Positions 1 to 10,884 of a stretch of DNA of 64,000 nt are shown here, one piece after another. The DNA lies in IMG/VR virus record IMGVR_UViG_3300028840_008160, positions 124,001 through 188,000 of that record; one strand, given 5' to 3'. The position numbers and the translations under genes are program-made. The notes under the pieces are model-generated. The model was not told the DNA's origin, did not search any database, and saw only the letters and a program-made list of their open reading frames with translations. Each line of letters opens with the position of its first letter. Within the stretch, counting starts at the first letter, position 1.

Positions 1-1
1 T

Positions 2-2275
2 GATATTGATACTGTTCGTATTGTTGTTGATGATATTGAATATTCAACAAGCAAAAACTCATCATTCTTTTCTTATTCAGGCACGCCGTTTGCTACACAA
101 GTTCAAGTAGGGCCTGTTGCTAGTATACCAAATTTTGATAAATTAGAGAGTGCAGTCATTTATGCTAATGATTTTGCTGGTAATGCTTTAGATCCTGAAG
201 TCATTCAAGTCATACCAGTTGATAATGAACCGCCTTACATTAGACGTTTTTGGCCAAGAGATAAAGCTAATGATGTGTCAAGAGATACAAATATCGTATT
301 TGAGATCAACGATGACATTTCTACTGTTGATATTAGAACAGTTAAAGTTAAAGTCGCTGAAACAGAGTATCAATTAGTTACTAAAGATGTAATTGATATT
401 GAATATTCTGGGTTGGGCAATCAAATTTTTATTGATGTTCGCAATCATAGTTTGTTTATAACAGTTGATGGCATCGTAATTATTAATATTAATTTAACTC
501 ATGAAGATTATATCACATGTAAGAAAGTTGCGACATTTATTGATGGTTTGCCAGGTTTTAGTACAACGATAGATCGTGAAAATGACCAAATATTAAGTAC
601 TGACCTTATTGGTTTGTATCATGTAAGAATTGATCCGACGATTACATTGTCTGTTGCTACTTTTGAAGACAATGTGAACATAAACTATATGCCGAGAGAT
701 CGAGGTTATTTAATCGCAATTACACCGACAGAAACATTTGATGATAATTACACTGTAATTACTAGAATTGAAGCATCTGATTTTACTGGTAATGAAATGC
801 CAGTTGAACAATATTCGTTTGTTTGTAAAGACATAACTACTCCATCTAGAGATATAAGATATAGATGGTATGATTATCATGTTGACATCATTAACAGAAT
901 TAAAAGCAATTTAGAAAGCACGTATAATAAATATACTGATTCAACAGTGTTTCACGGTTATTTTAGGTCGTTAGCACTCGAAATTGCTAGAGCAATGCAA
1001 ATAGCTGAAGATTATCGTGATGATGTTTATTATGATGGCGGAACAACAAGATCAGAATTGTTGTATCAAAATATTGGATATTTACTTAAAACGCCACCAC
1101 AAGAAGAGTATACACATAATGAATATAGACAGATTTTAATGGCAGTTATGTATATGTTATTTCATGGATCAACTAAACAAAGTCTACTTACTGGTTTAGG
1201 TGTGTTTTTAGGTATTCATGATTTGTCAATTACTGAAAATAGCTTGACAGAAAGCAGTGATATTTCACAACAATTTAGTTTTACGTTTGACGTGTCAATA
1301 GGTGATAATCATATAAGAAATTGGGAAGATTTTAATGAAAACATTGATGCCGTATTGCGTATTGTTAAACCGGCTCATACTTATTTCTTGATAAGATATT
1401 TATTTTCTGAAATTGTTAGAACAAAAGATATTGTTGATGAGATTATTAAATGGCATTTTGAATATTATGGTACTGAAGACGTAAGAACTGACTGTGCTGA
1501 AAAGTACAAAGTAGCTGAAACAATCACAGAAGACGTTTCAAATCAATTTAGTGGTTCAAACAATTGTTGTACGGCTTTTTATACGCCGATTTTAAGTTGG
1601 GACGAAACAACAATAACTACTACACCATCTGATATACAAGTTACTGCGTCTGGTGGACCAATAAATGTGATTTCTGTCGACGGCTTTACTGGCGAAATTT
1701 GTTTCGATCGTAATCCGGGACCTGCAGAAATAGTTGAAATTATCTATAAGTTTAATAAATACGTTATTTACAGGAAGATCGGTTTTTATCTGAACACATA
1801 TACACTTACAGGTGGAGGGTTTGATCCAGCTCAACCATATCTGCTAAATCAAACTGGTAATCCTGTAATTGTTATGATTGCGTATGATAATCCAGAAGAA
1901 ATGCATGCTCATATTTGCGAAGCTGGATTATTTATTGATGTTCATTATCCTATTAGTGAGAAACTATGGACGTCACCTGTTGAGAGAATAATATTTGACG
2001 TTGTTGAATCTAAAGAAGAAGTAGTTAATTTTGATGTAAAGTCTCAATTGACAAGTCTTATAACAAACTTGATTGAAGAACCATTTGGAACAATACGAGA
2101 ATCAGTAAGTATTGCATTAACATTTTCTGAACAAGCAGAGTTTATCGTGTCAGAACACGGTGAAGCGGAAGAAACTAATCCAAATCCGTTTGAAACAAAT
2201 GATCCGAATTCGCTTCTTAATACGTCTTCTGACATGCTGTTCTTCTTAATTAAACGAGTATTTGGAGATATCTAA
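2..2275 (+). CDS. Virion structural (baseplate/tail) protein, 5'-truncated by window edge
   Basis: Frame is open from position 2, upstream of the track's GTG at 275; beta-rich acidic sequence and baseplate-wedge-like 'VLRIVKPAHT' motif. Confidence 0.6.
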   Translation, partial: DIDTVRIVVDDIEYSTSKNSSFFSYSGTPFATQVQVGPVASIPNFDKLESAVIYANDFAGNALDPEVIQVIPVDNEPPYIRRFWPRDKANDVSRDTNIVFEINDDISTVDIRTVKVKVAETEYQLVTKDVIDIEYSGLGNQIFIDVRNHSLFITVDGIVIININLTHEDYITCKKVATFIDGLPGFSTTIDRENDQILSTDLIGLYHVRIDPTITLSVATFEDNVNINYMPRDRGYLIAITPTETFDDNYTVITRIEASDFTGNEMPVEQYSFVCKDITTPSRDIRYRWYDYHVDIINRIKSNLESTYNKYTDSTVFHGYFRSLALEIARAMQIAEDYRDDVYYDGGTTRSELLYQNIGYLLKTPPQEEYTHNEYRQILMAVMYMLFHGSTKQSLLTGLGVFLGIHDLSITENSLTESSDISQQFSFTFDVSIGDNHIRNWEDFNENIDAVLRIVKPAHTYFLIRYLFSEIVRTKDIVDEIIKWHFEYYGTEDVRTDCAEKYKVAETITEDVSNQFSGSNNCCTAFYTPILSWDETTITTTPSDIQVTASGGPINVISVDGFTGEICFDRNPGPAEIVEIIYKFNKYVIYRKIGFYLNTYTLTGGGFDPAQPYLLNQTGNPVIVMIAYDNPEEMHAHICEAGLFIDVHYPISEKLWTSPVERIIFDVVESKEEVVNFDVKSQLTSLITNLIEEPFGTIRESVSIALTFSEQAEFIVSEHGEAEETNPNPFETNDPNSLLNTSSDMLFFLIKRVFGDI

Positions 2276-2410
2276 ATGCAGAAACAAGTATCTGAAAAGA
2301 AAAAGCCAAAAGTTAAGCCATATATTGATGAGTTTAAGAAAATTAATGGTGATGCTAGTATTGGCATTATGAAACATAAAGATGGTAGAGTTGAGAAACG
2401 CAAATTCTAA
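2276..2410 (+). CDS. Small basic protein (44 aa)
   Basis: ATG directly after upstream TAA; MQKQVSEKKKPKVKPYIDEFKKINGDASIGIMKHKDGRVEKRKF. Confidence 0.45.
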   Translation: MQKQVSEKKKPKVKPYIDEFKKINGDASIGIMKHKDGRVEKRKF

Positions 2411-2427
2411 TATTTAGGAGGATTAAT

Positions 2428-2940
2428 ATGTTAATTGATCGTAACTTACAGATCAAGCACGGTGAAATTTTCATGACAATGGAGCATAAAGATGGGACAA
2501 TCGAACGTCATCATGTCGAGAATGTTATTGTTGATGATGCTTCATTACTTATGGCTGAATTGATGAAAGAAAGCAGTGGTGTTGATGGCATCATGGTTCT
2601 TGCTGTAGGTACAGGCGATCCAGGTTGGGATTTACAGAATCCACCTATTGCGACAGCTGCTCAGTCGCAGCTAGTTAATGAATTGGAACGTAAAACGTTT
2701 GAGCAATCTTATTATGTTGATGGCGGCGGTTTACCGACAGTGACAAGAACAAATATTGTCGATTTTGAGACTAAGTATAATGAGACAGAAGCTGTTGGCG
2801 CTTTAGTTGAAATGGGATTATTTGGTGGCACTGGTGCAACTACTCCGGGTAGTGGTACAATGGTTAATTATCATACATTTCCTGTGTGGAACAAGCCGGC
2901 CACATCAACTCTTACTATTGTGTGGAGATTGACATTCTAA
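2428..2940 (+). CDS. Baseplate/tail-collar-type structural protein
   Basis: SD AGGAGG; 'LAVGTG', 'EAVGALVEMGLF', 'LTIVWRLTF' resemble tail-collar/fibre-attachment proteins. Confidence 0.6.
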   Translation: MLIDRNLQIKHGEIFMTMEHKDGTIERHHVENVIVDDASLLMAELMKESSGVDGIMVLAVGTGDPGWDLQNPPIATAAQSQLVNELERKTFEQSYYVDGGGLPTVTRTNIVDFETKYNETEAVGALVEMGLFGGTGATTPGSGTMVNYHTFPVWNKPATSTLTIVWRLTF

Positions 2941-5672
2941 TGAAGCATTTTGGACGGATTCAATCTGAGTTTATGATGAGAGCATCTCGTGATGGCATTA
3001 ATGTACCAGAAGGGACGCTTTTGTCTGTTTACAAAGTTGCAAAAGCTCCACCAAAAGGCAAAAACAAACCAGGTAGTTTTATTGCATTAAAAGGTCAAGA
3101 TGAAGTTCCTAATCCAAATCCTCATGGTAAAAAGCCAACTGTTAAAATAATTTCTTTGTCAAGAGCTGATAAGGGTACGCCTCAAAGACGATTATTTGAA
3201 ACTTTGTATAAAGCTTGGAAGAACACTGGGTCGTATTCTTCTGTTGTTAAAGAGATGAAAGCTAAAGGAAAAGTTAAAGAAACAGCAGAAAAAGTTAAAG
3301 ACCGAGCTGAAGAGATAAAGCGTTTAAAGCAAGAATTAGCTAAAGCTAAAAAAGAAACATCAAAAGAACAACGTGCTCGTCAAAAGCTTGAAGGTAAAAG
3401 ACAACAACTTGAAGAAAAATTAAAACGTAAGCCGAAAGAAAAAGTTGTTGAAAAAGCAGTAGAACCTAAGAAGCAGGTTCAACCAGAAAAAGTTGTTGAA
3501 CCTGAACCTAAAGCTGTCGAACCAGAAGTTAAAGAAGAGCCAAAGACAGAGATTCAAGAACAACATGAAGAATCAATTCAAGAAGAAGAAAAGAACGATG
3601 AGCAATATCAAGAAGTAGAAGCGGTCAAAACTGATATTTTAGAACAAGTTGGTGATAGAACAAGTAAAAGATATCAAGAGACTATTAAGAGAATTGATCG
3701 TAATGAAGACAAATTATATCGTGATGCTGATTTTTTAGAAAACCCACCACCTCCAAAGGCGTCAAGTATTGAGGCGATGAAGAAAGATGCAGATGCTATT
3801 AATCGAGCATTATCAGCATTAGATGTTAAAGGTGCGACTATAGAAGACACAGTAAACAGTCCAAATGTCGTGTCATATAAATTGAAATTTGACACTGATA
3901 AAAATAAAGCAAAAGGTATGAGATCATTGCTTTCTGGAGGCGCTAAAGACGTCGTTAGTTCTTTAGTTGGTAAGAAAGAAAACGTAACGATCTCAGAAGA
4001 CAGAGACGCAGGAACTATCGATATTCATGTACCAAAAGGCACAAGTCTTAAAGATAGAGATACTGTTTACTTCAAAGATTTGATAACTGATGACGATTTT
4101 GTAAAAGCGTCAAAGAATCCTACTAAATTACCTGTAGCATTAGGTAAGGATGAAAATAACAAAGCTATTTTATATGATTTTAGTGACACTCCTCATTTAC
4201 TTGTTTCTGGTGCAACAAAATCAGGTAAATCAGTGTTTATGCAAGGCATAATCAATTCTATTCAGATGAGTAAATCACCAGACGAAGTACAATTAGTATT
4301 AATTGATGTAGCTAAAAAAGGTGCTGAATTTGGTATGTATGATGGTAGTGCTTATCTGGCTAGAGATGTTGCTACTACTGCTAAAGACGCAGAACAATCT
4401 CTTAGAGCTGTGCACGATGAAGTTGGTCGCAGAAACAAATTTTTTAGAGATGTAAGCGAACAAACAGGGCTCAATATTAAGAATATTGAACAGTGGAATA
4501 AGTTTATCACTCAAAATCCAGATGAAATGAGTGATGAAGACCGTGCCGCTTATGATAAGATTCCAGAAGATCAACGTAAAAAGATGCCAAGATTAGTTAC
4601 TGTTGTCGATGAGGCTGCTGATCTTCTTAATAAAGATATCAATCCAAATGCTCAAAGAATAGCGTCAATGCTTGACAGCTTATTAGCTGTTGCTAGATCT
4701 GCTGGTGCTCATGTAGTAATCGCGACTCAATCACCTGCAAAACAAACTATACCAGGAAAGTTACAGAAGAATCTTGGTGCAAAGATGACGCTAAGATTGC
4801 AAAATCAAAATGATGCTGAGAATATTGGTACGCCTGATGCGACTGATTTACTAATGTATGGCGATGGATTTTTTGAAGATCCAACAACTGGTCGCAATAT
4901 TAGAGTACAATCTGGTTATGTTAGTGAAAATGAATCTTCTGAAATTGCTCAAAAAGCTAAAGGTAAGAGTGAACGATTAAAGTCTAAACGTGAACAGGTC
5001 GCCGAACAACGAAAGCAAGAAGAGATTACTGAGTTAGAAAAACCGACAACAGATATGAAAGATCTTGATCAATTTAGATCAGATATGTTAAGAGTAAGAC
5101 AACGTTTAGATGAAGCAAGATCAAAGATGGAAAGGATTTTAGCTGAATCTGCTGAACGTGAAAAAGCAAGGCGTCAAAGAACGGAAGATATAGAAGGAAA
5201 AGAATTTGAAGAAACTGAACGCAGCCGTGCTATAGAAGAAGATGAAGCAGCTCGTAAAAGACGAGTAGAACAAGCAGAATTACAAAGTGAATTTCCCGAG
5301 TTAGAAGTATCAGAACCAGAACTTCCTGAAGAAGCAAGAGAACCAGAAATTCCTGAAGAAGTAAAGTCACCAGAAGAAAAAGCTGTGCCTGTAAGTTCTG
5401 AAGGAGAACCTATTGACGATGAAGATGAAGTGTCTAAAGCAATAGAAGAAATGACAAAAGCACAGCCTATAACTGAAAGTGATATTGCTAAAGCACCAAC
5501 ACCACTGCCACCGGAACGAAGGCAAAGTCTTCTTGATAGAGCAAGAAAATTATTTGGCAAGAAAAAGAGTAGTTCAATACAATTTAATGGTTTTGTTGAC
5601 AATTTAGAATCAGCGGTCGATGACACTATTATTGATTCTTCAATTGATAACTCGCAAAGTTTCTTTTCATAG
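2940..5672 (+). CDS. FtsK/SpoIIIE-family ATPase with long charged low-complexity N- and C-terminal extensions
   Basis: PHLLVSGATKSGKS (Walker A), VVDEAADL (Walker B), HVVIATQSP; ATG 2940 overlaps upstream TAA. Confidence 0.85.
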   Translation: MKHFGRIQSEFMMRASRDGINVPEGTLLSVYKVAKAPPKGKNKPGSFIALKGQDEVPNPNPHGKKPTVKIISLSRADKGTPQRRLFETLYKAWKNTGSYSSVVKEMKAKGKVKETAEKVKDRAEEIKRLKQELAKAKKETSKEQRARQKLEGKRQQLEEKLKRKPKEKVVEKAVEPKKQVQPEKVVEPEPKAVEPEVKEEPKTEIQEQHEESIQEEEKNDEQYQEVEAVKTDILEQVGDRTSKRYQETIKRIDRNEDKLYRDADFLENPPPPKASSIEAMKKDADAINRALSALDVKGATIEDTVNSPNVVSYKLKFDTDKNKAKGMRSLLSGGAKDVVSSLVGKKENVTISEDRDAGTIDIHVPKGTSLKDRDTVYFKDLITDDDFVKASKNPTKLPVALGKDENNKAILYDFSDTPHLLVSGATKSGKSVFMQGIINSIQMSKSPDEVQLVLIDVAKKGAEFGMYDGSAYLARDVATTAKDAEQSLRAVHDEVGRRNKFFRDVSEQTGLNIKNIEQWNKFITQNPDEMSDEDRAAYDKIPEDQRKKMPRLVTVVDEAADLLNKDINPNAQRIASMLDSLLAVARSAGAHVVIATQSPAKQTIPGKLQKNLGAKMTLRLQNQNDAENIGTPDATDLLMYGDGFFEDPTTGRNIRVQSGYVSENESSEIAQKAKGKSERLKSKREQVAEQRKQEEITELEKPTTDMKDLDQFRSDMLRVRQRLDEARSKMERILAESAEREKARRQRTEDIEGKEFEETERSRAIEEDEAARKRRVEQAELQSEFPELEVSEPELPEEAREPEIPEEVKSPEEKAVPVSSEGEPIDDEDEVSKAIEEMTKAQPITESDIAKAPTPLPPERRQSLLDRARKLFGKKKSSSIQFNGFVDNLESAVDDTIIDSSIDNSQSFFS

Positions 5673-5675
5673 GAA

Positions 5676-5909
5676 ATGATTATGCAAAAAGAATCAATAA
5701 TTAAACAATGTCCTAAAAAAGACAAAGATGACAGACCAGACAGTCAGCAACGTTGGTGTCTTTATACGCACGACGGTGACAGACTTTTAGGTCGTCACCC
5801 ATCAAAAGAAAAAGCACAAGCTCAAGAACGAGCTGTTCAAAGTCATAAACATGGATCTGTTGAACAAATTGTAAATAGTGTTGTAAAAGATGGTATCAAA
5901 TTAATATAG
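5676..5909 (+). CDS. Small phage protein
   Basis: ORF track; tightly packed between neighbours. Confidence 0.6.
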   Translation: MIMQKESIIKQCPKKDKDDRPDSQQRWCLYTHDGDRLLGRHPSKEKAQAQERAVQSHKHGSVEQIVNSVVKDGIKLI

Positions 5910-5917
5910 GAGATCAC

Positions 5918-8827
5918 GTGTCGGCAAACAATTTAGATTACAGTTATGACGGGTCTGATATTTCCAGAACATTACAACCTGGTAATAGATCTTTTGATAC
6001 GGTTGTGATGCAACAGGGCAAGCCTTTGCTTGACTCTGAGTATAATCTATTATTTGACATTTTGTCAGGTAAGTCGCAAGACAATTTTACAGATCAAGCT
6101 CAAAGCGGATTCATGAAAGCTGACACGTATGAATTTGATGCTTTATGGGTTGATAAGTTTAAGATGGCACAAGATGTAGCGATTGTCAATGGTTGGAGGC
6201 TAGATGTTGTTCCTTTTGGAGATGAGTTTGTTCAATTGTCGCCTGCATCTGTAGGTTCAGGAAACCAACGATGGGATTTTGTTTTTCTTGAAGTATGGAA
6301 GACAATTTTAGTTGCCGGTTCAACTGAGCACAAACCATCGGCATCGCAAATTTATAGAGATGGAAATGTACAAAATACAACGGGAAATTATTCAGACGAT
6401 ATTCTGGATCCTGTTGTTACATTTGAGACGACTAGACGAGTACAAATTCAATATCGAATTCGAATTCAAGAAGATGTTGTGGCACCAACACATCAGAATG
6501 TAAATATATTTGATGCGTCAACATTTGCACAAGGTGGAGCTGCAATACCTATTGATCCATATACATTTTCAAATCAAGGTGCATCAATTGGTGATTATGG
6601 ATTATGGAAAGCTGGAAATGGAGATGCTGCTTCAAGAGCACAATTATTGACAGTTGATGGTCATGTTTATGCAATACCATTAGCGTTTGTGTTTAGACGA
6701 GCAATTGCACCGTACATTGATGAGGATACTGACGGACAGCAAGCATCTGCAACTGATATTACTTCTGGCATGTCTGATAGAATTGATGGATTATTTTATG
6801 ATTCTGTTGCACAAACAGATGTTATTGATTTGCGGCATCAGATAATAGCTGGTAATTATGTAGATTTTGATAAGATTCTTGAAAAAGCAATTCAGGATTT
6901 ATTGACTGGTGAAAATGATGTTAGAAGACCGGTTGCAATTCGATATGAAGCTATTAGTGATATTCCTATTACAGGCTATTCAATATTAAATACTGACAAT
7001 GTTTGTGATAAAACTAGATCTGTATGGAGTGATTTGCAGACCACAGTGCTTTCTAACACGATAAGAATAAATATTGGAAATACTGACACTGGTCAAGATT
7101 TCTATACTAGCAGAGCATCAGGTTTGTGGCAAATTGGCGACACAATTACTGTTAAGATACCTAATGGCGCACCTACCGGCACAATTATTCTTGGCACTGA
7201 TGATAGTAATCTAGCAACAAAACCATGGGTATATAGAAATAATGGAGCAACATTAATAGATGTTGCCGGCTCTTGGTCGGGTACAGGTACAGTACAGGCT
7301 GTATTTACAGTTGATGAAAATTTGTCAAATGAAGAATTTTGGATTGTTTACGATGTTCAATATCCAAATAATCAAGGCTTAACGTATGTTCCAGATCTAA
7401 TGTTGAAATTAGAATATTCAAATGCTGCAGCTTATCCAAATAATGTAACTGCGTACATGCCACATGCTGGTGTTGTAAGATCAGGAACTAATTTACTTAA
7501 CAATTCACTTGTTGTTGCTAGAAATTCTAAACAATTAAATTTTGAACATATTAGTACATTTAATAATTATGCAGCAAACTACATAGTTAACAAACGTAAT
7601 AAACAGTTACAGATATCGCCGATCATTTCATCAACTGATGATGTTGATAGCGGTACTAGATCAATGTATGTTAGTAATTATGATGCATCAACTAAAAGAC
7701 TATATTTACCGTTTCAAACTAGTAAGGTTTGGTTTGTTAGAGGCGTTTATGACGCTCAATCTGGTGGAAATGAACTTGTTACAGAAACATATTTGACTCA
7801 GAATCCTGCTTTAATATCTGGGGATGTTTTTCAGCATCCTTCAGCAAATTATTCATTTGCATTCATAACATCAGTTGTATATGATCCGCTTGGGGCAGCT
7901 ACAGAATTGGTTGTTAATAGCGGTGGTGATTATTGGCCTGTATATAGACAAAATTCATCTGGTGATCAGAATTTATTTGTACTAGTAGATAGTAACGGCG
8001 ACGTATATCATCCACCATCTGCTAATCCTGCTGATTATGTGATTAGTCATAGAAGTATTCCAACAAATAAAGTAAATGGTTACACTGTAAATAGTCCATC
8101 ACCGACTGATAATTGGTTGCAATTACGAGCTGATGTGACAACAATCATAAATGGGCAGACTTTGTGGGTAGATATTGATTTTATTGGTGAACCACATGAT
8201 GGTGCTCAAATAAAGATTGCTTATGAATATTTGCCATATCAAGGACTGGTAGAAAATACTGGAGCCGAACTGACAGCAAAACTTAAATCATTGGCCGGTT
8301 TTATTCATTCTGATGGTACAGGCAATGTAACAGCAAATATTGATCCAGTAAAATATCCTAGAACATTAGTGTCATATTTACCGACGCCAATCAATTTAGA
8401 ATTACAATTGACTGGCGATTCTATTGCTGGTGCAGGAACAATTGGGTTATTTAATTCGCAAAATTTATGTTATGCTAATGCAGAGATACTCGATTATTCT
8501 AACGATAATGAACAACCATTGAAAATTAATGACATCATAACTGCAAAGTTCAATGGTGGATTAGTTGCAATGGAGCGTGGTGGAAATGATGCAACAACTA
8601 GCAAATCATTAATGATACCAGATACAGTAGGATCTGATTATCGTCAGGCTGTTATTTTTGGTTTGGCTGTGGCAAAAATAGGAATTGCAGTTCAAAATGA
8701 ACTAGTTTTATTCGTGTGGACATTTACTGATAATGTTACTGAAAATTTGTTTTCATCGGGTGACGGTTTACATATTGGCGTGGACATGTACTTTATAAAG
8801 AAAAGACCATTGATTAAGTTTGATTGA
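5918..8827 (+). CDS. Large virion structural (tail/baseplate) protein
   Basis: 969 aa, beta-rich; N-terminal 'VVMQQGKPLLDSEYN' motif resembling myophage baseplate/tail proteins. Confidence 0.6.
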   Translation: MSANNLDYSYDGSDISRTLQPGNRSFDTVVMQQGKPLLDSEYNLLFDILSGKSQDNFTDQAQSGFMKADTYEFDALWVDKFKMAQDVAIVNGWRLDVVPFGDEFVQLSPASVGSGNQRWDFVFLEVWKTILVAGSTEHKPSASQIYRDGNVQNTTGNYSDDILDPVVTFETTRRVQIQYRIRIQEDVVAPTHQNVNIFDASTFAQGGAAIPIDPYTFSNQGASIGDYGLWKAGNGDAASRAQLLTVDGHVYAIPLAFVFRRAIAPYIDEDTDGQQASATDITSGMSDRIDGLFYDSVAQTDVIDLRHQIIAGNYVDFDKILEKAIQDLLTGENDVRRPVAIRYEAISDIPITGYSILNTDNVCDKTRSVWSDLQTTVLSNTIRINIGNTDTGQDFYTSRASGLWQIGDTITVKIPNGAPTGTIILGTDDSNLATKPWVYRNNGATLIDVAGSWSGTGTVQAVFTVDENLSNEEFWIVYDVQYPNNQGLTYVPDLMLKLEYSNAAAYPNNVTAYMPHAGVVRSGTNLLNNSLVVARNSKQLNFEHISTFNNYAANYIVNKRNKQLQISPIISSTDDVDSGTRSMYVSNYDASTKRLYLPFQTSKVWFVRGVYDAQSGGNELVTETYLTQNPALISGDVFQHPSANYSFAFITSVVYDPLGAATELVVNSGGDYWPVYRQNSSGDQNLFVLVDSNGDVYHPPSANPADYVISHRSIPTNKVNGYTVNSPSPTDNWLQLRADVTTIINGQTLWVDIDFIGEPHDGAQIKIAYEYLPYQGLVENTGAELTAKLKSLAGFIHSDGTGNVTANIDPVKYPRTLVSYLPTPINLELQLTGDSIAGAGTIGLFNSQNLCYANAEILDYSNDNEQPLKINDIITAKFNGGLVAMERGGNDATTSKSLMIPDTVGSDYRQAVIFGLAVAKIGIAVQNELVLFVWTFTDNVTENLFSSGDGLHIGVDMYFIKKRPLIKFD

Positions 8828-8893
8828 AGTTGTAAACTTTGATTTTCTATTGACATATAAAATCTTGAGCTTGCCGAAAGAAAAGAGGAAATT

Positions 8894-8924
8894 AGGGCTG
8901 GCTGTAAAGTCAGCCCTTTTGTTT
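8894..8924 (+). terminator. Intrinsic terminator
   Basis: AGGGCTGGC-tgtaaa-GTCAGCCCT then T-run. Confidence 0.8.
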
Positions 8925-8925
8925 G

Positions 8926-8946
8926 CTATAGATTTAAACGTGATTA
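8926..8946 (+). promoter_or_regulatory. Promoter-like motif CTWYG-N9-RTGAYTA, 7 nt before helicase ATG
   Basis: ctata-gatttaaac-gtgatta; recurs at 12 or more sites upstream of genes. Confidence 0.6.
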
Positions 8947-8953
8947 GAACACT

Positions 8954-10411
8954 ATGTTGGCCTTATTACAAGTAGGCAATGTAAATGCTAAGATTGTTGG
9001 TGATTTGACTCAGTCAATAATAGATGATTTGTCTGCTTCAATGTCTTATAAAACGAATGAATACAATGGTTATACTTTTGTTGAAGTTGAATATCATTTA
9101 TTTAATAGATTGCAGCAATCGTTGCCAACGGGCTTATGTTCAAATGCTATTAACGTTTTACGTAAGCACGATATTGAGTATGAAATTGTAGATAAAAGAA
9201 CTACCCCTGATAAAACTGCGCAATTAAAACTGCACGAAGTAACGCCTTATAAATTTCAAAAGACAATTATTAATGACGCGATAACAAGTCAAAGGTTTGT
9301 GATTCAAGTAGCTACTGGTGGCGGCAAAACTGTGATAGCTGCTGCAATTTTAGCTAAGTTGAATATGAAGTCTATGTTTGTTGTTCATACTGGTGATTTA
9401 TTTGAACAAGCATATGATGAATTAACGCGATTGTTGAAAATACCTATAGGTAGAATTGGTGGCGGTTTGTGTGATATACAACAAATCAATGTTGTAATGA
9501 TACAGACAGTTCATGCTGTAATAGGTAAAGCGTATATACCGTTTGATGATGTTGAAAAAGATCAGATGAAAGATGATGATATTGTTCAAAAAAGTTATCA
9601 ACGAAATAAAGACATTACTAAGTTTATACAGTCGGTAGAATGTGTATTAATTGACGAATGTCATCATCTTCGAGCCGACTCGTATATAGCTGTAATGAAA
9701 GCTTGTAAAACAGCTTTTTATAGAGGCGGATTATCTGCTACTCCGTGTAATGAAGATGGTCGAGATATAATTCTTCAAGCATATGCAGGTAGAATTATTG
9801 GTAAAATAACTGCTTCATATCTAATTAGACACAAGTTTCTTACACCGCCAAAGATTTATTATTTATGTGGCACGAAAAACAAACAATACAAGTTTAGACG
9901 AAAAACGTATAGATCGATATATAAGACATATATCGTAAACAGCAATTTTCGAAATACATTGATTGTTGATTGCGTAAGACGATTGCGAGAACTTAATAAG
10001 ACAGTACTGATTACTGTAACAATGAAGAATCATGGTAAGAAATTACTTAAACTGTTAAGTGATGAAAAAATAGATGCTGAATTCATTTTTAGTGGCGTAC
10101 ATAAATTAAAGAGAAAAGAGCATATCGAACGAGTAAGACAGAGAACACTTGGTGTTATTATTGGTACTAGTCTGGCTGATGAAGGGTTGAATATACCGTC
10201 ATTAGATTCATTGATTCTTGCAGGTGGTGGTAAGTCGCCGACTAGAATGATACAACGCATCGGTAGGACGTTAAGAAAAGCTGACGGCAAAGATTATTCT
10301 ATTGTTATTGATTTTAAAGACAATGTCAGATATTTGACTGGTCATTATAAGAAAAGACGAGCAATTTGTGAGCAAGAAGATGCTTTTGAAATTATTGATT
10401 GTTTTGAATGA
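8954..10411 (+). CDS. UvsW-like superfamily 2 helicase
   Basis: ATGGGKT, DECHH, LSAT, QRIGRTLR motifs. Confidence 0.88.
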   Translation: MLALLQVGNVNAKIVGDLTQSIIDDLSASMSYKTNEYNGYTFVEVEYHLFNRLQQSLPTGLCSNAINVLRKHDIEYEIVDKRTTPDKTAQLKLHEVTPYKFQKTIINDAITSQRFVIQVATGGGKTVIAAAILAKLNMKSMFVVHTGDLFEQAYDELTRLLKIPIGRIGGGLCDIQQINVVMIQTVHAVIGKAYIPFDDVEKDQMKDDDIVQKSYQRNKDITKFIQSVECVLIDECHHLRADSYIAVMKACKTAFYRGGLSATPCNEDGRDIILQAYAGRIIGKITASYLIRHKFLTPPKIYYLCGTKNKQYKFRRKTYRSIYKTYIVNSNFRNTLIVDCVRRLRELNKTVLITVTMKNHGKKLLKLLSDEKIDAEFIFSGVHKLKRKEHIERVRQRTLGVIIGTSLADEGLNIPSLDSLILAGGGKSPTRMIQRIGRTLRKADGKDYSIVIDFKDNVRYLTGHYKKRRAICEQEDAFEIIDCFE

Positions 10412-10508
10412 TATACATTTTCCAGCTCAGCAGCTAGATATTAGCTGCTATTTTTATGTAAATTTTTGGAAATAATTTGTGAAAAATTAGAATAACAAGG
10501 AGAAAAAG

Positions 10509-10880
10509 ATGACGTCAAATGTATTGCTTATTTCATTGATTGCTATTGCTGTCATAATAGTCGTAGTAGTGTTAGTTAAATTTCCTAAATTTCAAAAATA
10601 CGGTAAATATGTACTTATCATACTTCCTGGTGTCATATTACTTTTATGGGCTATTTTAAAACCTAAAAAGAAAACTGACGATGTAAAAGAGACGACGACT
10701 CAATTTAAAGAACAACTTAATGAAATTAAAGCAGACTTACATGAAGTAAATACAGTTGCTGAATTAAAAACTAAATATGCTAAAGAAGAGAATAAAGAAA
10801 AAATGGAAGAATTAAAAGCTGTAACTAAAACGACTGATAAAGTTAAAAGACGTAAGAAACTAGCTGAAATGATAGGATAA
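10509..10880 (+). CDS. Two-TM membrane protein with charged C-terminal tail (holin-like)
   Basis: Two hydrophobic segments then Lys/Glu-rich tail; adjacent to spanin candidate. Confidence 0.5.
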   Translation: MTSNVLLISLIAIAVIIVVVVLVKFPKFQKYGKYVLIILPGVILLLWAILKPKKKTDDVKETTTQFKEQLNEIKADLHEVNTVAELKTKYAKEENKEKMEELKAVTKTTDKVKRRKKLAEMIG

Positions 10881-10884
10881 TATC

